The notes below the pieces were generated by a model. It was not told where the DNA came from and ran no database searches. It saw only the letters and a program-made list of their open reading frames with translations. The position numbers were made by a program, and so were the translations under genes. Positions 57,431 to 64,000 of a stretch of DNA of 64,000 nt are shown here, piece by piece. Each line of letters begins with the position of its first letter. Position 1 is the stretch's first letter. This DNA comes from an uncultured Bifidobacteriaceae bacterium (lineage in GTDB: Bacteria; Bacteroidota; Bacteroidia; UKL13-3), in assembly GCA_964535575.1 (NCBI GenBank), contig CAZHTC010000003.1, forward strand, positions 112,640-176,639, written 5' to 3'.

Positions 57431-57505
57431 AATGGGAGAAGTTATATCGTTTTGAAACTAAAAATTAACCTGTAACTTTGATTAAACGAAAAGCAGCCCG
57501 CTGCT

Positions 57506-58027
57506 ATGAGCCAAATAAAACCCCTTTTACTCCTTACCGCAATTAGCTGCCTTAGCCTGCATTGCCGGCACGAGAGTGAATTGGATAAACTGCCCCCTGC
57601 TACCATGGTGGGAGCCCAAACCATAGGCTGCCTGATGAATGGCCATGCATGGCCAAGCGAGAGTGTTGATTTTTTGGGAAGCGGGTATGCAAAAGGAATT
57701 TTTGAAATAGACTGTGCAGTGTTATATCCGGGAACAGCCGCCACAAAAACCGGAGTTTACATGCGGGTTGAATATAAAATATTCGGGCCCGGGTATTATG
57801 TCATCCCGTTTGACGGAGGAGGAATGAATGATGAGTTTAAGGCCTTGTATAGAGATGTTCCATACGACTCTTATTTTACTCAAGGAGGGTATGCCATTCT
57901 TAATATTACCCGGCTTGATACCATTAACCATTATATGGCCGGAACCTTTGAGTACAATGTTTATGCCTTTACCAAAACAGATTTGTTGAGAGTAACCAAT
58001 GGCCGTTTTGATTATAAGTACAATTAA
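57506..58027 (+). CDS. Hypothetical lipoprotein
   Basis: Lipobox LTAISC. 173 aa with no recognisable motif. Confidence 0.4.
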   Translation: MSQIKPLLLLTAISCLSLHCRHESELDKLPPATMVGAQTIGCLMNGHAWPSESVDFLGSGYAKGIFEIDCAVLYPGTAATKTGVYMRVEYKIFGPGYYVIPFDGGGMNDEFKALYRDVPYDSYFTQGGYAILNITRLDTINHYMAGTFEYNVYAFTKTDLLRVTNGRFDYKYN

Positions 58028-58052
58028 TTTGTACCAATCAATTCCTCATTTC

Positions 58053-58865
58053 CTACAGCGAGCGAATCAGTTCTTTAATGATGAGGGTCATATTGGGTTC
58101 GGCTTTTTTAGCCGCGTTTATCACATCTTCCAGGCTCACTACTTTTACCATTTCCGGTATGCCCATATCGGTAATAACGGAAATAGCAAAACACGGAATG
58201 CCCATATGTCGGGCAACAATAATCTCGGGTACTGTTGACATGCCTACCACATCGGCACCAATGGTACGTATGTACCGATACTCGGCTTTGGTTTCGAGGG
58301 TGGGACCCTGTACGGCAGCATACACTCCCTGGTGGCAACTTATTTTGTTTGCTTTGGCTATTTCAAGGGCTTTATCAATAAGTTTAGCATCGTAGGGTGC
58401 ACTCATATCCGGAAAACGTGGTCCCAGTTCTTCCACATTTCTTCCTCTTAAGGGATGTTCAGGAAGTAAATTAATATGGTCATTCAGCACCATCAGGTCG
58501 GTTACCTTATAATCGGGATTTAAGCCCCCGCAGGCATTGGAAACAAATAGTTTTTCTATTCCCAGACTTTTCATTACGCGTACAGGGAAAGTAATCTCCT
58601 TCATATTATAACCTTCATAATAATGAAAGCGCCCCTGCATGGCAATAATATTTTTTCCGCCCAGTTTGCCAAATATCAGTTTACCCGCATGGCTTTCAAC
58701 CGTAGAAACCGGAAAATTAGGAATGCCGCGGTAGTTAAGTGTATGAGTGATTTCTATTTCATCTACCAGTCCGCCTAAGCCGGTGCCCAGTATAATTCCA
58801 AATTGGGGTTGCAGGTCTACACGTGCTTTAATAAAATCAGTGGTCTCTTTTATTTGATCTAACAT
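58053..58865 (-). CDS. Purine nucleoside phosphorylase (PNP/MTAP type-2 family)
   Basis: GIILGTGLGGL...STVESHAGKLIFG...IAMQGRFHYYEGY...SNACGGLNP...GPTLETKAE are trimeric PNP motifs. Confidence 0.9.
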   Translation of the reverse strand: MLDQIKETTDFIKARVDLQPQFGIILGTGLGGLVDEIEITHTLNYRGIPNFPVSTVESHAGKLIFGKLGGKNIIAMQGRFHYYEGYNMKEITFPVRVMKSLGIEKLFVSNACGGLNPDYKVTDLMVLNDHINLLPEHPLRGRNVEELGPRFPDMSAPYDAKLIDKALEIAKANKISCHQGVYAAVQGPTLETKAEYRYIRTIGADVVGMSTVPEIIVARHMGIPCFAISVITDMGIPEMVKVVSLEDVINAAKKAEPNMTLIIKELIRSL

Positions 58866-59889
58866 ATTTTTTTATCTGTTCGTTAAAAATGGTTTCTTTA
58901 TCCAGAAACCGAATGGAAATGGGGATATAATACAAAGGTAAGTTTTTTACATAGGGTTGCAGTGCTTTAGCCCTAAGCCTCATGGAATCCTTTTCGGTGG
59001 TGAGAATAAATTTTTCTTTTCCGGGCATGGCATCCAGTTTTTTTCTGATAAGTTCTATATCGTATTTACTAAACGCATGATGATCGCTGAATCCGTAATG
59101 CATTACCTCTTTAAATTGAGTTTTGCATTCCCTGATCAACGATTGTGGATTAGCAATACCGGTTACTACCAGGCACGAAGCATCGGCCGAGGGTAACATC
59201 ATCGGGGTGGAGTAAAGCGGAGTTAATTTGCCGTACTCAATGGCAGTAAAATAAACTTGCTGATGTGGCAGTGGCTGCAATTGCGCTATGATGGTTGCTT
59301 TGCCTGCCTCGTCCAATTCTTTCGGACATTTGCTTACAATAAGTATATCGGCCCGTTTGGCACCGCTCACCGGCTCACGCAAATTGCCGGCAGGCAATAA
59401 AAAATCATTTACATACAAGTTGCCATACGATGTGATAAGTATTGTTAAACCTGCCTGCACATACCGGTGCTGAAAGGCATCATCCAGTAAAATAACCTCG
59501 GTGTTTTTTTCGGCAATTAAATGCGTAATGCCCAACACCCGGTCCTTATCAACCGCCACAGCAATATCCTGAAATTTTTTACTGAATTGCAGTGGCTCGT
59601 CACCAATATCACCGGCCTCGCTATCGGAGGTTGCCAGTTGAAATCCTTTTGTTTTTCGCTTATACCCCCGGCTCAGGGTTCCAGTTTTAAATTCATCTTT
59701 CAGCAAAGAAATCAGGTATTCGATATGCGGACTTTTACCTTCACCGCCCACCCGCAGATTTCCCACACAAATTACAGGAGTGTCGAACGATACAGATTTG
59801 AGGACACGTAAGTCAAAAAGTTTATTACGTAAAAACACCACTGTACCATACAGCCACGAAAACGGAAATAACAACCAGCGCCAATTCAT
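58837..59889 (-). CDS. lpxK: Tetraacyldisaccharide 4'-kinase
   Basis: VICVGNLRVGGEGKSP is the LpxK P-loop. The length is 350 aa. Confidence 0.85.
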   Translation of the reverse strand: MNWRWLLFPFSWLYGTVVFLRNKLFDLRVLKSVSFDTPVICVGNLRVGGEGKSPHIEYLISLLKDEFKTGTLSRGYKRKTKGFQLATSDSEAGDIGDEPLQFSKKFQDIAVAVDKDRVLGITHLIAEKNTEVILLDDAFQHRYVQAGLTILITSYGNLYVNDFLLPAGNLREPVSGAKRADILIVSKCPKELDEAGKATIIAQLQPLPHQQVYFTAIEYGKLTPLYSTPMMLPSADASCLVVTGIANPQSLIRECKTQFKEVMHYGFSDHHAFSKYDIELIRKKLDAMPGKEKFILTTEKDSMRLRAKALQPYVKNLPLYYIPISIRFLDKETIFNEQIKKYVRSNKRDH

Positions 59890-59920
59890 CTTATATTGCG
59901 GCTAAATTACAGCGATCGTT

Positions 59921-61018
59921 ATGAAAATAAAAACGGTAACCGATGCACTCGAGTTTTTTGCTCCGCTTGCCTGGCAGGAATCGTATGATAATGCAGGGCT
60001 TATCACCGGGAATAAAGAATGGGAACTTACGGGGGCACTGCTTTGCCTCGACTCAACCGAGGCGGTGGTGGATGAAGCCATTGCCAAAAAATGCAACCTC
60101 ATTGTGGCGCACCATCCCATTGTATTTTCCGGATTAAAAAAGTTGAGCAACAACTCCTATATCGAGCGCACACTTATTAAAGCCATTAAAAACGATATTG
60201 CCATTTATGCCATGCACACTAATCTGGATAATGTATATGAAGGGGTAAACCGCAAAATGGCTGAAAAAATAGGTTTGGTAAATCTCTCGGTACTATTGCC
60301 CAAAGGCGGTACATTAAAAAAACTGGTTACTTTTTGTCCGGCAGCTCAGGCCGAAGCCGTACGTAAGGCTTTATGCGATGCCGGTGCCGGTACCATTGGA
60401 AATTACGACCAATGCAGTTTTAATTTGGAAGGTATGGGAACTTTCAGAGCAGGAGCGGGAAGTAACCCTTTTATTGGAACCATTGGAGAACTGCACAAAG
60501 AACCTGAAACACGTATAGAGGTTATTTTTCCATCACCACTTCAAAGCAGTGTATTGAAAGCACTTCACGCTGCCCATCCTTATGAGGAAGTGGCCTATGA
60601 TATTTATGCGCTCGAAAACACCAACCCAATGGTGGGGGCAGGAATGGTAGGCGAACTGGAACAGGCGCTTGAGGAGGACGAGTTTCTAAAACAGCTCAAG
60701 AAAAACCTTAATCTGTCGTGTATCCGGCATACTTCGTTAAACGGCCAGAAAGTGAAGCGGGTAGCAGTTTGTGGAGGGGCAGGTAGTTTTTTATTGAATC
60801 AGGCTATTGGAGCGGAAGCCCAGTTTTTTATCACAGCCGATTTTAAATACCATCAATTCTTTGATGCTGATAACAAGATAGTTATTGCGGATGTGGGACA
60901 CTATGAAAGTGAAATATACACCGTAGAACTTCTGGCTCAACTTATTCAGAAAAAAATACCTACTTTTGTACCCGTTTTTTCCGAAACGAATACGAATCCT
61001 GTAAATTACTATTGCTGA
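59921..61018 (+). CDS. Nif3-like dinuclear-metal-centre protein (YqfO/YbgI family)
   Basis: AHHPIVFSGLKKL...AIYAMHTNLD... and a PII-like insert. The length is 365 aa. Confidence 0.9.
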   Translation: MKIKTVTDALEFFAPLAWQESYDNAGLITGNKEWELTGALLCLDSTEAVVDEAIAKKCNLIVAHHPIVFSGLKKLSNNSYIERTLIKAIKNDIAIYAMHTNLDNVYEGVNRKMAEKIGLVNLSVLLPKGGTLKKLVTFCPAAQAEAVRKALCDAGAGTIGNYDQCSFNLEGMGTFRAGAGSNPFIGTIGELHKEPETRIEVIFPSPLQSSVLKALHAAHPYEEVAYDIYALENTNPMVGAGMVGELEQALEEDEFLKQLKKNLNLSCIRHTSLNGQKVKRVAVCGGAGSFLLNQAIGAEAQFFITADFKYHQFFDADNKIVIADVGHYESEIYTVELLAQLIQKKIPTFVPVFSETNTNPVNYYC

Positions 61019-61021
61019 TAT

Positions 61022-61768
61022 ATGGAAGTAACTGTAGAACAAAAACTGAAAGCGCTGTACAATCTTCAACGAATTGATACAGCCATCAATCAATTAAAAT
61101 CGGTTAGAGGGGAACTCCCTATGGAAGTTTCTGATTTGGAAGATGAAATCGCCCGGTTAGAAACCCGCCTGCAGAAAATGAATGATGAGGTGAAGGAGTA
61201 TCAGACTGAAATAAGCGATAATAAAATTCGCATTAAAGAGGCCCAAACTCAGATTAAAAAATACGATGCTCAGTTGTCGAATGTAAAAAACAACCGCGAG
61301 TACGATGCACTCACCAAAGAAATGGAATTGCAGAATCTCGAGATTCAGGCTGCTGAAAAACGCATTAAAGAATACAATTGGGAAATCGACCAGAAGTCGA
61401 AACTGATTGAAGTAGCCAAAGTGGAATTAGACGGACGCAAGCAGGATTTGGCCAACAAAAATGCCGAGCTTGCCGTGATTGTAGAAGAGACTGAAAAAGA
61501 AGAAGCCGGATTGAATAAGGAACGCGAAAAGGCCGTAAAGGTAATTGAAGATCGTTTGCTGTTCTCCTACAATAAAATCCGCACCAATGTAAAAAACGGG
61601 ATTGCCGTTGCCGGCATTATGCGTGACGCCTGTGGAGGTTGTTTCGCTAAAATCCCACCTCAGCGTCAGGCTGATATTCGTCAGCGTAAGAAGATCCTCG
61701 TATGCGAACATTGCGGCCGTATTTTAACCGATTCCGAGATGGCCAATCAGGAAGCAGTTACTGCTTAA
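61022..61768 (+). CDS. Zinc-ribbon coiled-coil protein (COG1579 family), the usual partner of nif3
   Basis: Long coiled coil, then CGGC-x19-CEHCGRIL. Conserved adjacency to the Nif3-family gene. Confidence 0.8.
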   Translation: MEVTVEQKLKALYNLQRIDTAINQLKSVRGELPMEVSDLEDEIARLETRLQKMNDEVKEYQTEISDNKIRIKEAQTQIKKYDAQLSNVKNNREYDALTKEMELQNLEIQAAEKRIKEYNWEIDQKSKLIEVAKVELDGRKQDLANKNAELAVIVEETEKEEAGLNKEREKAVKVIEDRLLFSYNKIRTNVKNGIAVAGIMRDACGGCFAKIPPQRQADIRQRKKILVCEHCGRILTDSEMANQEAVTA

Positions 61769-61803
61769 GTAAATTGTTATTTCTTTCGCTTAACTTAGTG
61801 CCA

Positions 61804-63297
61804 ATGAAAAAGTTCTTTTCATTGGCATTTTTGTTTTTATTGCAGTCAGGCAATTTATTTGCCCACTACACCTTTACGCCTAATTTGGTAAAAGCACAAC
61901 AGGCGGTTTTTGAATTCCGCTTGTATGATGCGTATCCGCTTATTGAGGCCGAACGAAAGGCCAACCCCGATAACCGTCTTATTGATTTGGTAGAAACCTA
62001 TGCCGACTGCGCTAAACTTTCTATTGACGAAAACCGCACCGAATACAAAAACCTGTTATTGAAACGCGAAAAGCTGGAAGACAACGAGGCCGGACTTGAT
62101 TCAAAATCGCCTTATGAGTTATTTGTAAAAGGAGAAATTGCGCTGCAATGGGCATTGGTTAAATTGAAATACCAGGATTATGTAAGTGCGGTGCTTGATG
62201 TGCGCTCGGCATACAACAGTTTAGATGATAATATGGCTTTGTTTCCCAAATTCAGTTACAACTACAAAACCATGGGATCTCTGAAAACCATTATAGGCAC
62301 CGTGCCCGATCAATACCATTGGGTAATACGAATAGTGGGGCTTGACGGAAGTATTGAAGAAGGAACCGGTTTATTGCAAAAATTTATCTCTGCCAACCTG
62401 AATGAAGCAGTTTATCCTTTGTTTCGCATGAATGCAAAAATGCAGATTGCCTATATCACTTATTTTATTCTCAAAAATAAATCCGAGTGCTGGAAACAGG
62501 TAGATGAGCTCACAAAAGATTACAAGACCAATTTGTTTCATGCATGGAACCGGGCTGCTTTTGCCATGAAATGCGGACATACCGATGAGGCTATTGAAAC
62601 CCTGCAGCACGCTCCCGATCAAAAAAAGTTTTACCGGTTTGATTACCTTACTTACCTGCTTGGGTTGGCTAAATTACATCGCTTAGATGCGGATGCCGAT
62701 GTGTACCTGAAAAAATACGTGGCCGAATTTAAAGGAGAAAATTATTTAAAAGATGCCTGTTTTAAGTTGTATTGGTTTTACCTCATTCAGGGAAATGCCT
62801 CACAGGCTTCGGCATTTAAAAAAATGATTGCTACTACCGGAAAAGCTTATCTTGACGAAGATAAACATGCACTTAAAGCAGCCGTTGAAGAGCAGGATAT
62901 TACGTTACTGCGATGCAGGCTTTTATTTGATGGCGGCTATTACGACCGCGCACTTCAGGAACTTAAAACAAAACGCTCTAAAGATTTCAGTTCACCTAAA
63001 TTAAAAACCGAATTTGAGTATCGCTTTGCCCGCATTATGCACGAGAAGGGAGATTTTCAAAAGGCTATTCCCGTTTATCTGAATTGCATACTTATCGGAG
63101 AAAAACTGCCCTACTATTACGCAGCCAACTCGTGTCTGCAGCTGGGGTATATTTACGAGCAGCAACATGATTATCCCAAAGCGGTGTATTACTATAAAAA
63201 ATGCATGACCTATTCTAACCACGAGTATAAAAACTCGCTGGCACAAAAAGCCAAAACAGGTTTGAAACGAATAGAAGAGCGGCAGAAAGGGAACTAA
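61804..63297 (+). CDS. Secreted tetratricopeptide-repeat protein
   Basis: A signal peptide begins at the internal ATG at 61804. The body is helical-repeat rich (W/Y/A/L patterns). Confidence 0.5.
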   Translation: MKKFFSLAFLFLLQSGNLFAHYTFTPNLVKAQQAVFEFRLYDAYPLIEAERKANPDNRLIDLVETYADCAKLSIDENRTEYKNLLLKREKLEDNEAGLDSKSPYELFVKGEIALQWALVKLKYQDYVSAVLDVRSAYNSLDDNMALFPKFSYNYKTMGSLKTIIGTVPDQYHWVIRIVGLDGSIEEGTGLLQKFISANLNEAVYPLFRMNAKMQIAYITYFILKNKSECWKQVDELTKDYKTNLFHAWNRAAFAMKCGHTDEAIETLQHAPDQKKFYRFDYLTYLLGLAKLHRLDADADVYLKKYVAEFKGENYLKDACFKLYWFYLIQGNASQASAFKKMIATTGKAYLDEDKHALKAAVEEQDITLLRCRLLFDGGYYDRALQELKTKRSKDFSSPKLKTEFEYRFARIMHEKGDFQKAIPVYLNCILIGEKLPYYYAANSCLQLGYIYEQQHDYPKAVYYYKKCMTYSNHEYKNSLAQKAKTGLKRIEERQKGN

Positions 63298-63352
63298 AAC
63301 CTGCGCTTTATCATTTTTTGTTTTTGGAAGAATACAGACCTTTGTCTCTGCA

Positions 63353-64000
63353 ATGAAAAAGACACTTAATTATATTTCTGCCGAAGCGGCAGTAAGTCAT
63401 GTACGCTCGGGATATAAGGTATTTTTACATGGAAGTGCAGCCACACCGGTTCATCTTATCAAAAAACTGATTGAACGCAAAGAATCGCTTGAACGGGTGG
63501 AGCTGATGAGTATTAGCCTCTATGGCATTGATCTGAATGACCCTGCCCTTCAAGACCATTTTTTTATGAACACACTCTTTGTCTCAGCCAATGTACGTCA
63601 GGCGGTGAACAGCGGGAGAGGAGATTATATACCGGTTTTTCTGAGTGAGATTCCAAAACTTTTTAAAGAAGAGATTTTACCCATTGATGTAGCCATGATT
63701 CACGTGTCGGAGCCCGATCGTCACGGATATTGTTCACTGGGCACTTCGGTGGATGTGGCCCGTGCAGCGGTAAGCAAAGCAAAATTTGTCATCGCTCAGG
63801 TAAATCCGCATATGCCCCGCCTGCATGGTGACGGCTTTATTCATGTAAGCGAAATTGACGCAGCGGTGCTAGTCAACGAGCAATTACCCGAGTTGAGTTA
63901 TGCTGCAGAATGTACTGCGGTAACAGATAAAATTGGAGCACAGGTGGCCGAGCTGGTAGAGGACGGCAGTACGCTGCAATTAGGTATAGGATGTATTCCT
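63353..64000 (+). CDS. Acetyl-CoA hydrolase/transferase family protein (4-hydroxybutyrate/succinyl-CoA:acetate CoA-transferase-like), 5' part
   Basis: MKKTLNYISAEAAVSHVRSGYKVFLHGSAATP...SEPDRHGYCSLGTSVDVARAAVSKAKFVIAQVNPHMPR is the N-domain of the Cat1/ScpC family. The ORF runs off the window end. Confidence 0.8.
   Translation, partial: MKKTLNYISAEAAVSHVRSGYKVFLHGSAATPVHLIKKLIERKESLERVELMSISLYGIDLNDPALQDHFFMNTLFVSANVRQAVNSGRGDYIPVFLSEIPKLFKEEILPIDVAMIHVSEPDRHGYCSLGTSVDVARAAVSKAKFVIAQVNPHMPRLHGDGFIHVSEIDAAVLVNEQLPELSYAAECTAVTDKIGAQVAELVEDGSTLQLGIGCIP

Overview
This window looks like core chromosome from a Bacteroidetes-type organism. Supporting signs are GldH, several proteins ending in T9SS sorting domains, a Lys/Ala-rich H1-like protein fused to a SWIB domain, and the absence of Shine-Dalgarno spacing. 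It is densely coding on both strands. Housekeeping genes read directly from the translations include thrS (partial), guaB, holB, murB, mrp/apbC, nfu, rplS, valS, recQ, ftsE, ssb, purQ, gltX, tyrS, metF, lpxK, a type-2 purine nucleoside phosphorylase, a Nif3-family gene and a CoA-transferase (partial). Three loci stand out. (1) A four-gene cluster at about 30.4-36.1 kb behind an AT-rich leader encodes two paralogous secreted proteins with a shared C-terminal motif, a periplasmic protein carrying a PapD/FimC-like chaperone signature, and a 983-aa outer-membrane protein. Together these resemble a chaperone-usher-like surface-fibre assembly system, which is not an expected pilus type in this phylum. 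(2) An ORF-free 590-bp stretch at 56.9-57.5 kb holds a degenerate tandem array of about 90-170-bp units with several perfect palindromes and repeated mini-ORFs beginning MST[WF]LA.TVC. (3) A histone-H1-like/SWIB gene with four 27-nt coding repeats has a 650-bp ORF-free leader, and a small SET-domain gene lies 8 kb downstream. No rRNA, tRNA, CRISPR array, transposase or integrase could be recognised. All calls come from reading translations and sequence patterns by eye, with no database searches.
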